Below, one piece after another: positions 25,459 to 33,386 of a stretch of 64,000 bases of DNA. The stretch lies in contig CACZFH010000003.1 in the NCBI GenBank assembly GCA_902780395.1, positions 2,333 through 66,332 of the forward strand, given 5' to 3'. The position numbers were made by a program, and so were the translations under genes. Below the pieces are notes generated by a model. That model saw nothing but the letters and a program-made list of their open reading frames with translations, made no database searches and was not told where the DNA came from. How positions within the stretch are numbered: the stretch's first letter is position 1; each line of letters begins with the position of its first letter. This stretch comes from an uncultured Erysipelotrichaceae bacterium. Lineage in GTDB: Bacteria; Bacillota_I; Bacilli_A; RF39; UBA660.

Positions 25459-25494
25459 GACACTCTATCTAAGCAGATGAGTGTCTATTTTTTT
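25459..25494 (+). terminator. Hairpin plus T-run; candidate 3' end of a short plus-strand (antitoxin-like) RNA
   Basis: Stem GACACTC / GAGTGTC with a 13-nt loop, followed by TATTTTTTT. Overlaps the stop of the minus-strand small ORF. Confidence 0.45.
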
Positions 25495-25577
25495 ATGACT
25501 AATACCAATAAGGTAAGAAGTGATAAAATGATACAGATGTATCTTAGGAGTTTAATCACATAAACTCTTTTTTTCAT
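25485..25577 (-). CDS. 30-aa hydrophobic peptide MKKRVYVIKLLRYICIILSLLTLLVLVIKK, type I toxin-like
   Basis: Reverse-strand ORF absent from the track (too short). Basic N-terminus, single TM helix and KK C-terminus. Convergent hairpin/terminator and flanking inverted repeats. Confidence 0.35.
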   Translation of the reverse strand: MKKRVYVIKLLRYICIILSLLTLLVLVIKK

Positions 25578-26060
25578 CGATATCTACCCATTCCTTTTTC
25601 AAGACTGGAGGACGACACTCACCTTAAATGTTCCTAATAAAATTATGCCAAACATTTATTCGTGACTCAATATTTTTACTATATTTTTTCTATTATATAT
25701 AATAAACCATAGTATTTTGATATTAATGTCAAAATACCTAGGGGGTTAAATATTTTGTCAAAACTCTTTACACTAGTGGCTCAATTTTATTACTTTACTA
25801 TCTATTTAGAATGATTTATAACAAACAGCAATTTTAAGAAACAATGTGAAATAATAATGAAAGATTATTCATTGGCAGATCTAAAAAAATTAAAAGAGAA
25901 TATTGAAAAAATCACTTCACCAGAGTGTACTGACAACATAAGTGAAGAAAAAGGTCCAGTATTTGAAAAAAAATTAATAATTAAGGGCAAACCACTTGCT
26001 CCTTTTTGTTGAATAAATATCGTTTTATGCTATAATAAAAAATCAATAGGAGGTCTTATA

Positions 26061-26906
26061 ATGAATGAAAAGTGTTCAGAAATAAAACAAGAAATAGCAT
26101 TTTTAGAATTATTTGGATATAGTTATACAAAACAAAAAAACGATTACAGATGGATTATTGGGGATGAAAATCATAATGAAATTGGATCAATTCAACTTGA
26201 AAAAAGAAAAAATGAAGTAACTAAAGAAGATGAATACTTATTCCATACAATAATAGATAGTTCGTTAATCAGTTGTGATTTTTCAAGAAATATAGCTTCT
26301 GAAAATGATTATGGAAATTATATATTTAAAGTTAAAAGACAAGATGAAAAAGAGGATGAAGTAACTCTAAGATTAGGGAAATATTCAAGGCTCTATATAG
26401 ATAGTGAAGAATATGGACCTCTTCAATTTAATGTTTTCTATAAGGGAATACACTTAGATTTCTACAGTAAAACAGATAATCATCTATTCCATGAAATACT
26501 TACTTATTATAATGATCCAGAAAATCAAGAGTATTCATATGAAATAAGATATTGTGATAAAGATAATAATGCTAGTAATGAAAAAGATAATAGTATTATA
26601 ATTAGTGGATTATATACAAAAGGAATGAATAATGCGAATGAAATTCTATTAAAAGAAGAGGAAATAAGAGAAGGTAAAGTAGCTAGACATGAAGAAGAAA
26701 TAGTAAAGGGAACTATTGAAGAACTAGCTAAAAGACACGGTATGGGAATTAATAGTTTTAAACATTTCCAAAATCTAATTAATGATATAGTTCCTATGAA
26801 AAAAAGTCTTATAACTACTATGCTTTCGAAAGAGACCATAGAAGAGTTAAATCTATTGCCATTCTTTCCAAACCAAGAAAAACAAAAAAAGAAAATCTTA
26901 AAATAG
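26061..26906 (+). CDS. Hypothetical 281-aa cytoplasmic protein
   Basis: AGGAGG SD. No recognisable motif. Confidence 0.4.
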   Translation: MNEKCSEIKQEIAFLELFGYSYTKQKNDYRWIIGDENHNEIGSIQLEKRKNEVTKEDEYLFHTIIDSSLISCDFSRNIASENDYGNYIFKVKRQDEKEDEVTLRLGKYSRLYIDSEEYGPLQFNVFYKGIHLDFYSKTDNHLFHEILTYYNDPENQEYSYEIRYCDKDNNASNEKDNSIIISGLYTKGMNNANEILLKEEEIREGKVARHEEEIVKGTIEELAKRHGMGINSFKHFQNLINDIVPMKKSLITTMLSKETIEELNLLPFFPNQEKQKKKILK

Positions 26907-26946
26907 AATGAGAAAAAAGAAGTGTAAACATATCAAAAAGCTATTA

Positions 26947-26975
26947 TTGTTTACAAACAGAAAATATGTTAAAAT
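26947..26975 (+). promoter_or_regulatory. Candidate promoter (extended -10) for the bacteriocin-transporter leader
   Basis: TTGTTT (26947-26952), 17-nt spacer ending TGt, TAAAAT (26970-26975). Confidence 0.45.
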
Positions 26976-26981
26976 GAAGTT

Positions 26982-27096
26982 GGGATAAATAGCATAGAAA
27001 ACGAAGTTTTTTCTAAAAGTCTCATCAATTATCACGCGTTTGGTTAGGCCATTAGTCATTTATCCCGAGAAGAGTGAAAAAACTCTTCTTTTTTTT
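26982..27096 (+). promoter_or_regulatory. Structured ~115-nt leader with an intrinsic terminator upstream of the C39-ABC transporter gene (unclassified cis-regulatory RNA or small RNA)
   Basis: Long-range helix GGGATAAAT (26982-26990) / ATTTATCCC (27058-27066) encloses smaller hairpins. Terminator GAAGAGT/ACTCTTC (27069-27088) plus T8. Confidence 0.4.
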
Positions 27097-27110
27097 GTCT
27101 CAAAAGAAAA

Positions 27111-29225
27111 ATGATTGCGAATAATATAATAGGAGGTGAGAGAAAAAGAGTGAAAGTAGTCCTACAGGATGGTATGAAAGATTGTGGGATATGTTGTCTT
27201 TTATCTATTATTCGATTTTATGGGGGAGAAGTATCGAAAGAGTATTTAAGAGAAGCAACACATACCACCAAAGAAGGAGTCTCTTTATATAATTTAATAG
27301 AATGTTCAGAAAAATTAGGTTTTGAAGCAACAGGAGTAACAGGAAATATAGAAGAAATAAATGTAAATAACTTACCATGTATTGCTCATTTTGTTGTGAA
27401 TAAAAACTATAAACATTTTGTAGTTCTATATCAAATTAATAAAAAGAAACAATTAATTACTATTATGGATCCAGCTAAAGGAAAAAAAGTAATATCCTTC
27501 TCAGAGTTTCGTTTATTGACAAGTTCTAATTATCTATTTTTAAGTCCTATCAAACCACTACCAATCATGAAAAAAAAGAATAGAATACTAAATCAAATAA
27601 GTTTACTATTAAAAGATAATAAAACTATGTGGCTTTCTATTCTCTTATTAACTATTGTGTATTTTATTCTCAATTTAATAGGAACATTTCATTTGAAATA
27701 TTTAATGGAATTTGCCATATCTTACCAAATATCAAATAATGTTTATTGGATAAGCTCTTTGCTTCTATGTTTTTATTTTTTAAAGAATATAAACTATTTC
27801 TTAAGAAATATAATATTAAATAAATGGACCTCAATCTTTGACTATGAAACAACATCTATGACTTATAAACAGATTCTTTTACTTCCATATTTATATTATA
27901 AAAATAGGACTACTGGAGAAGTAGTATCACGTTTCAAAGATTTAAATACCATTCGTTCCTTTATTAGTAGTTTTTTCTGTATCATTACAACAGACTGTAT
28001 AACTCTAATAATATTTATCTATGTTATGTTTATGATTCAAAAAAAAATAACATTTATCTTATTAATACTGATGAGTAGTATATTATTCATATCTATTTGG
28101 ATTAACATTAAAAAAAAAGAAAACATCAAAAAAATCGTATCTGGGCAAGATATCATTCACTCCTATATAATTAATGGAATAAGTAATGTAGACACTATGA
28201 AAGGGTCCCATTTAGAAAAAAGGATGATAGATAAGTTTAAGCTAAACTATAAATCTTTTATGGAAACCGTTTATCATTACTCATTAATAATAGAATTATA
28301 TCAGTTTATCAAAAATAATATTCAAGATATAATGATAACTATAATCTATGGAATAGGATCAATAGAAATTATCAAGGATAATTTAAGTATCAGTAATTTA
28401 ATTCTATACCAAACAGCATATTCTTATTTTAAAAATAGTTTTTCAAATCTCCTATCGTTAATAGAAGAGTATACTTCATTTAAAATTGCTTTAAATAGAG
28501 TAGAAGAAATATATTTGATTTCACATGAAAAATTTAAAAATAACTATTATTATTTGCCTTACCAATTAATAGGAGATATTGAAATAAAAAACTTAAATTA
28601 CAAAATAAACAATAAAGTACTTTTTCAAAATTTAAATGTAGTTATTAAACAAGGAGAAAAAGTCCTTTTGTGTGGAGCCAGTGGTTCTGGGAAAAGCACT
28701 TTACTAAAAATGCTTTTACGCTACATAGACATAGATTATGGTCATATTTCCATAGCAGGAATTGATATTAATCATTATCATTTAGAAAATATTCGCTCAT
28801 ATATTACCTACGTAACAGGAAATGAATATCTTTTTACTGATAATCTTCAGAATAACATCATGCTATATAAGGAAATACCAGAGGAGGAGTTTCAAACAGC
28901 TTGTAAGATTTGTTTAGTCGATGAATTAGTAAAAAACAAATTAACAAAGTATAACACCATAGTAGAAGAAAATGGTTTTAACTTTAGTAATGGAGAAAGA
29001 CAAAGAATTATTCTAGCTCGTAGTATTTTAAGAAATAGTAATATCTATATATTTGATGAATCGTTTTCGGGCATAGATATAAATAAAGAAAAGAAAATTT
29101 TAGAAAATATCTTTCAATATTTAAAAGGAAAAACAATTATCGTTATTTCTCATCGCTTTAACAATAAGAAATTATTTGATAGAATACTAAAATTAGATCA
29201 AGGAAACCTATATGAGAATCCGTAA
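27111..29225 (+). CDS. Bacteriocin-processing/export ABC transporter with an N-terminal C39 cysteine-peptidase domain
   Basis: C39 catalytic Cys context (DGMKDCGICCLLSI), a six-TM domain, Walker A GASGSGKST, signature FSNGERQR and Walker B IYIFDES. The start may be GTG 27150 (AGGAGGTG SD at 27131-27138). Confidence 0.85.
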   Translation: MIANNIIGGERKRVKVVLQDGMKDCGICCLLSIIRFYGGEVSKEYLREATHTTKEGVSLYNLIECSEKLGFEATGVTGNIEEINVNNLPCIAHFVVNKNYKHFVVLYQINKKKQLITIMDPAKGKKVISFSEFRLLTSSNYLFLSPIKPLPIMKKKNRILNQISLLLKDNKTMWLSILLLTIVYFILNLIGTFHLKYLMEFAISYQISNNVYWISSLLLCFYFLKNINYFLRNIILNKWTSIFDYETTSMTYKQILLLPYLYYKNRTTGEVVSRFKDLNTIRSFISSFFCIITTDCITLIIFIYVMFMIQKKITFILLILMSSILFISIWINIKKKENIKKIVSGQDIIHSYIINGISNVDTMKGSHLEKRMIDKFKLNYKSFMETVYHYSLIIELYQFIKNNIQDIMITIIYGIGSIEIIKDNLSISNLILYQTAYSYFKNSFSNLLSLIEEYTSFKIALNRVEEIYLISHEKFKNNYYYLPYQLIGDIEIKNLNYKINNKVLFQNLNVVIKQGEKVLLCGASGSGKSTLLKMLLRYIDIDYGHISIAGIDINHYHLENIRSYITYVTGNEYLFTDNLQNNIMLYKEIPEEEFQTACKICLVDELVKNKLTKYNTIVEENGFNFSNGERQRIILARSILRNSNIYIFDESFSGIDINKEKKILENIFQYLKGKTIIVISHRFNNKKLFDRILKLDQGNLYENP

Positions 29226-29616
29226 TTATGAAAAGAAAAATATAGTTCTTTATATCTCAGCTATATTGTTGATATTAGAAATATTATTATTTATATATTT
29301 GAAAGAAACAAAAGAATTTCAATATGAAAAAATAACAGGTTATATCATCAGTAAAAATGAAATATTAATAACACCAACAAAGAGGATAAGAAAAATGCTT
29401 TATAAAAATAAAAAAATCTACATAAAAGATCATTTATTATCCTATGAAATAAAAGAAGATAAAGGGGTTTTGCTAGAAAGTAATAATAAAAGGTATTACG
29501 AATTAATAATAAAAGCAAAAATACCATCGAATAATAATCAAATAATAGAAATCAGTATCAAGAGAGAGAAAAAAGATATCATAACAATTTTTAAATCGGT
29601 ATGGAAGGAGGAATAA
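29212..29616 (+). CDS. 134-aa membrane-anchored protein; possible miniaturised bacteriocin-export accessory (HlyD/ComB-like without the coiled-coil hairpin)
   Basis: Overlaps the transporter stop. N-terminal TM helix followed by a beta-rich sequence. Position matches accessory genes of class II bacteriocin loci. Confidence 0.3.
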   Translation: MRIRNYEKKNIVLYISAILLILEILLFIYLKETKEFQYEKITGYIISKNEILITPTKRIRKMLYKNKKIYIKDHLLSYEIKEDKGVLLESNNKRYYELIIKAKIPSNNNQIIEISIKREKKDIITIFKSVWKEE

Positions 29617-29765
29617 AAATAAAAGAAATAGATCAAGAAGATTTAGATAAAATAAAAGGAGGAGCAGTTGTTTCAATTTGGACTGGTATTGTGATAGCTG
29701 CTATTGTAGTATTTATTTCAGGGGTTATAGAAGGAATTACCAATCCAGAAAGGTGTCATGGATGA
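29601..29765 (+). CDS. Double-glycine-leader bacteriocin precursor A (54 aa): leader MEGGIKIKEIDQEDLDKIKGG, core AVVSIWTGIVIAAIVVFISGVIEGITNPERCHG
   Basis: Not in the ORF track. The leader matches the GG-leader consensus (E..DL..I.GG). Hydrophobic core with GxxxG/GxxxA motifs. Stop overlaps the start of peptide B (ATGA). The start is uncertain (ATG 29601 has no SD; a GGAGG at 29606-29610 precedes in-frame ATA codons). Confidence 0.6.
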   Translation: MEGGIKIKEIDQEDLDKIKGGAVVSIWTGIVIAAIVVFISGVIEGITNPERCHG

Positions 29766-29935
29766 GTGAATTAAAAGAAGAACAGCTAGGAGAAATTATG
29801 GGAGGCAATACCACTGTGAGTGGACCAATTATTAATGCTGTTGTTAATGTAATCAAGGTTATTAAAGATGCTGGTTACTCTCTAGGTTCCGGCATTCGAA
29901 GAATCAGTGAAGACAAATTATGCCCCTTAGAATAA
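29762..29935 (+). CDS. Double-glycine-leader bacteriocin precursor B (57 aa): leader MSELKEEQLGEIMGG, core NTTVSGPIINAVVNVIKVIKDAGYSLGSGIRRISEDKLCPLE
   Basis: Same frame as track ORF 29678-29935, but ATG 29762 yields a canonical 15-aa GG leader (L..EQL.EI.GG). Core is amphipathic and cationic with a GYSLG (GxxxG) motif. Confidence 0.65.
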   Translation: MSELKEEQLGEIMGGNTTVSGPIINAVVNVIKVIKDAGYSLGSGIRRISEDKLCPLE

Positions 29936-30078
29936 TCAAAAATAAGAAATTATTCATTGCGTTGGGGGTTATTATTTTAATCCCATTAATTCCAGTATTT
30001 ATCCATTTTTTCTTCCAATTAGGAGTGTATTTTGGAATTTTTATTAGAAAATTGTATGATTTTGTCGTTTTTTCGTAA
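29920..30078 (+). CDS. 52-aa hydrophobic protein (MPLRIIKNKKLFIALGVIILIPLIPVFIHFFFQLGVYFGIFIRKLYDFVVFS), candidate bacteriocin immunity protein
   Basis: Not in the ORF track. Overlaps the end of peptide B by 16 nt. Two predicted TM helices. Position typical for immunity genes. Confidence 0.4.
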   Translation: MPLRIIKNKKLFIALGVIILIPLIPVFIHFFFQLGVYFGIFIRKLYDFVVFS

Positions 30079-30157
30079 AAAAAAACATAAAATCTGTTGA
30101 AAAATGAATATTCTTTTGATATAATTCATTTTAGTTAAAGCGAAGGGAGGGAGAAAG

Positions 30158-30361
30158 ATGGCTACTAAAGTAACTGTTAGAGGAAATCTAGATCAAGCTC
30201 TAAGAAAATTTAAGCAAAAAGTGGCAAGAGATGGTGTCCCTTCTGAGTGGAAAAAAAGAGAAGCATACGATAAACCAGGCGTTAGAAGAAGAGCAGCTAA
30301 AAAAGAAGGAATTAAAAACTCACGAAAAAGAGATCGTGCTAATAGAAGTAAAGATTATTAA
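30158..30361 (+). CDS. rpsU: 30S ribosomal protein S21
   Basis: 67-aa basic protein with V.V.....L..AL..FK......G...E.....Y.KP and an Arg/Lys-rich tail. GGGAGGG SD. Confidence 0.9.
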   Translation: MATKVTVRGNLDQALRKFKQKVARDGVPSEWKKREAYDKPGVRRRAAKKEGIKNSRKRDRANRSKDY

Positions 30362-30419
30362 AAATAGTATCTAGATAGGATACTATTTTTTTGATATAAT
30401 AAGGACAGGAGATGATTAT

Positions 30420-30860
30420 ATGGTAGAAAAATTAGAAAAAGACATGATAGAAGCAATGAAGAATAAAGACAAAGATAGATTAACAGTCATAAGAATGGTA
30501 AAAGCTTCTCTAAAGCAAGAACAAATTGATCATAAAAAAGAAATAAATGATGATCTATTAATTGATGTTGTAAATAAACAAATCAAAATGAGAAAAGATT
30601 CAATTTCTGAATTTGAAAAAGGAAATCGTCAAGATTTAATTGAAAAAACCAAAGCTGAAATTAATGTATTATTAGCTTATTTACCAGAGCAATTATCAAA
30701 AGAAGAAGTACTAAAAATCATTGATGAAATATTCAAAGAAGTTAATCCAGAAGGACCTAAAGATATGGGAAAAGTTATGGGATTAGCTCAAGGAAAACTA
30801 AAGGGAAAAGCAGATATGAAAGAAGTATCTACAATTATTCGAGAAAAATTACAAGGTTAG
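30420..30860 (+). CDS. yqeY: GatB/YqeY domain protein
   Basis: 146 aa. L..DM..AMK.KDK..L...R.....L and the conserved rpsU-yqeY neighbourhood. Confidence 0.8.
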   Translation: MVEKLEKDMIEAMKNKDKDRLTVIRMVKASLKQEQIDHKKEINDDLLIDVVNKQIKMRKDSISEFEKGNRQDLIEKTKAEINVLLAYLPEQLSKEEVLKIIDEIFKEVNPEGPKDMGKVMGLAQGKLKGKADMKEVSTIIREKLQG

Positions 30861-30919
30861 AAATCAAAAGATTTCTGCTTTTTTTTCTTTATAAATCATA
30901 TACTTAGTTAGGTGATTTC

Positions 30920-31159
30920 ATGTTAGAAAAAATAAGTAATTTTGTTAATGATAAAGAATTTAGATTTACTATCTATGAAAATCAAATTCATATTATCAAT
31001 TATAAAAAAATAATTTCCTTAGAAGATGATAAAATCATTATTCAAGGCAATCAAAGAATCATCAACATTAAAGGAAATAATTTTAAACTAGAAAAACTAT
31101 TAAATGAAGAATTATTATGTATAGGACAAGTACAAAGAATCGAGTTGCAAGATGCTTAA
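30920..31159 (+). CDS. yqfC: Sporulation protein YqfC (YabP/YqfC family)
   Basis: 79 aa, beta-rich repeat pattern. Immediately upstream of and overlapping yqfD, as in Bacillus. Confidence 0.7.
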   Translation: MLEKISNFVNDKEFRFTIYENQIHIINYKKIISLEDDKIIIQGNQRIINIKGNNFKLEKLLNEELLCIGQVQRIELQDA

Positions 31160-32303
31160 AATAAGAATAACAGGTAAAGCCAAAGATTACCTTTTTAATG
31201 AATTACTTAAAAAGAAAATAAATATATATAACGTTGACAAAAATGATAAAAAACTAGAATTCATAATAAAAGAAAAAGACTATAAAGCTCTAAAAACGAT
31301 AAAAACAAGTTGTAAAATAGAAATCACTAACTATTATGGAAAAAGTAGAATTAAAAGATATTTATCGGTATATAAAAAGGTCATAATATTTCTTTTAATA
31401 GGCTTCACAATAGATATTTGTCTATCTAATATAGTATTCACAATAGAAATCAATCATCCTAAAGAAAATATAAGGAAAATAGTCTTACAAGATTTAAATG
31501 AAAATGGAATAAAAAAATTTCATTTTGTAGTTTCCTATCAAAAAAAAGAACAAATTCTAAAAAAAATTCTAGAAAAAGAAAAAAATAGCATTGAATGGCT
31601 AGAAATAAATAGACAAGGAACAAAATATATTGTTCAAGTGGAAGAACGAAAGAAAAAAGAAAAAGAAAATGAATGCTTACCACAAAGTATTATTGCTAAA
31701 AAGAATGCTACTATCCTAGAAATAAATGCTTTATCGGGACAAATAATGAAGAAAAATCAAGATTATGTAACAAAAGGAGAACCAATTATAAGTGGTTTTA
31801 TCTACAATAAAGAGAAAATAGTATCCAAAATATGTGCCCAAGGTAGTGTTTATGGAGAAGTTTGGTATATTGGAAAAGTAACTCTTCCTAAAACATATAA
31901 AGAAAAAAAATTAACTAATAGTAAAAAAATAGGTATATCAACAAAAATAGGAGCAATTGAAAAGAATTATGGAAATACTTTTCCGTATTTTAAAAAAAAA
32001 GAGTATAATATTATTAAGAGTATAATAATACCAGTAAAATTATCTATCACAATATATCAAAAAGAAAAAGTATTACCAAGAGAATATCAAAAAAAAGAAA
32101 TAGAAAAGTTAGCTTATTCAAAAATAGAAGAGCAATTCCAAAAAAGATTAAAGAAAGATGAACAAATTCTTTCGAAAAAGATTTTGAAAATGCTTAGTAA
32201 CAATAGTAAAATAGAGGTAGAAGTATTTTTAAAAGTAAAAGAAAATATAACTGCCTATCAAGATATATCCAAGATAGAAATCAATAATGAACAAGGAGAG
32301 TGA
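31152..32303 (+). CDS. yqfD: Sporulation protein YqfD
   Basis: 383 aa with an N-terminal (I)RITGK...F.N......I.IY.V pattern, a single central TM and the conserved position. Confidence 0.7.
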   Translation: MLKIRITGKAKDYLFNELLKKKINIYNVDKNDKKLEFIIKEKDYKALKTIKTSCKIEITNYYGKSRIKRYLSVYKKVIIFLLIGFTIDICLSNIVFTIEINHPKENIRKIVLQDLNENGIKKFHFVVSYQKKEQILKKILEKEKNSIEWLEINRQGTKYIVQVEERKKKEKENECLPQSIIAKKNATILEINALSGQIMKKNQDYVTKGEPIISGFIYNKEKIVSKICAQGSVYGEVWYIGKVTLPKTYKEKKLTNSKKIGISTKIGAIEKNYGNTFPYFKKKEYNIIKSIIIPVKLSITIYQKEKVLPREYQKKEIEKLAYSKIEEQFQKRLKKDEQILSKKILKMLSNNSKIEVEVFLKVKENITAYQDISKIEINNEQGE

Positions 32304-32307
32304 CAAA

Positions 32308-32922
32308 ATGTTAAAGCCAATATCATCAACAATTCAAGGAGTCATCAATTTTACTTGGCCTATGGTTATTATTTCCACAGTCATTATGATTTCTTTTAGA
32401 TTATGCTATTTAATAAAAAATAAAGAGAAAATAATCATCCATAGAGAATTATATATGTTAATCTTTGGAATCTATATACTTTGCTTATTCCAAATTGTTA
32501 CTTTTCAAGATGATGTAACATGGTCAAGTAATAACTTTATTCCCTTTCAAGAAATAATGAGGTATAATATCAACAGTCGCTTATTTTATAAGAATGTTTT
32601 AGGAAATCTACTATTATTCTTACCATTTGGTTTTTTTGCTAGTTATTATTTAAAAGCAGACAAAATTCATTTACCATTGATGCTAACTATTATTGCCTCT
32701 GTGGCAATTGAATTAGTTCAGTTAACAATTGGAAGGGTATTTGATGTAGATGATATCATATTAAATATTATAGGTGGCTCAATAGGTTACTTTATTTATA
32801 GTTTAATCCGAATAATAAGTGAACCATTACCGAAGTTTTGTAAAAGTGATTGGTTCTTAAGCATTTTATCAATATTATTATTAATAGGATTAATAACTAT
32901 TATTATAATTATATTAGTATAG
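32308..32922 (+). CDS. VanZ-family membrane protein
   Basis: AAGGAGAG SD favours ATG 32308. Motifs NLLLFLPFGFF and ELVQL..GRVFDVDDIILNIIGGSIGY. Confidence 0.65.
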   Translation: MLKPISSTIQGVINFTWPMVIISTVIMISFRLCYLIKNKEKIIIHRELYMLIFGIYILCLFQIVTFQDDVTWSSNNFIPFQEIMRYNINSRLFYKNVLGNLLLFLPFGFFASYYLKADKIHLPLMLTIIASVAIELVQLTIGRVFDVDDIILNIIGGSIGYFIYSLIRIISEPLPKFCKSDWFLSILSILLLIGLITIIIIILV

Positions 32923-32930
32923 GAGAATAT

Positions 32931-33386
32931 ATGAATGAGATAGAAGTATTTGTTCAAGTGGAAGAAGAAATTCCTGAATTAGAAACTGTAAAAAAAGTTT
33001 TATTAGGTGCCATAGAAAAAGAAAAATTAAAAAATGTTTCATTTAATTTAATAATTGTCGATAATGAGTATATTCATGAATTAAATAAAACATATAGAAA
33101 TATTGATAGAGAAACCGATGTTATAACATTTGCTTTAGAAGATGAAGATAGTATCGTTCTACCAGATAATATGAGAATACTAGGAGATATATATATTTCC
33201 ATAGATAAAGCCAAAGAACAGAGTAAAGAATATGGGCATTCCTTGTTAAGAGAATTATCTTTTTTAGCCGTCCATGGATTTTATCATTTATTAGGATATG
33301 ATCATCAAACTAAGGAAGAAGAAAAAATAATGTTCCAAAAACAAGAGGAGGTGCTAGAAGCTTATGAAATCAGAAGAGAAAATTAG
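32931..33386 (+). CDS. ybeY: rRNA maturation endoribonuclease YbeY
   Basis: AGGAG SD and ATG 32931; the track start 32850 is inside vanZ. Zinc motif HGFYHLLGYDH and TDVITF. Confidence 0.9.
   Translation: MNEIEVFVQVEEEIPELETVKKVLLGAIEKEKLKNVSFNLIIVDNEYIHELNKTYRNIDRETDVITFALEDEDSIVLPDNMRILGDIYISIDKAKEQSKEYGHSLLRELSFLAVHGFYHLLGYDHQTKEEEKIMFQKQEEVLEAYEIRREN

Noticed and set aside
25857-26012. 51-codon ORF MKDYSLADLKKLKENIEKITSPECTDNISEEKGPVFEKKLIIKGKPLAPFC; its leader-like N-terminus made me consider a signalling or RiPP precursor
   Set aside because: It has no SD, no GG cleavage site and no adjacent modification enzyme, and I cannot support it from sequence alone.
25349-27100. Prophage or integrative element at tRNA-Thr
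   Set aside because: There is no integrase/recombinase ORF on either strand. The only repeat of the tRNA 3' end is an 8-nt match (TTACTATC near 25793), which is expected by chance at this AT content.
29678-29761. Upstream extension of the peptide-B ORF (track start 29678, MDWYCDSCYCSIYFRGY…)
   Set aside because: The extension overlaps peptide A in another frame and lacks an SD. ATG 29762 gives a textbook 15-aa double-glycine leader and an ATGA coupling with peptide A.
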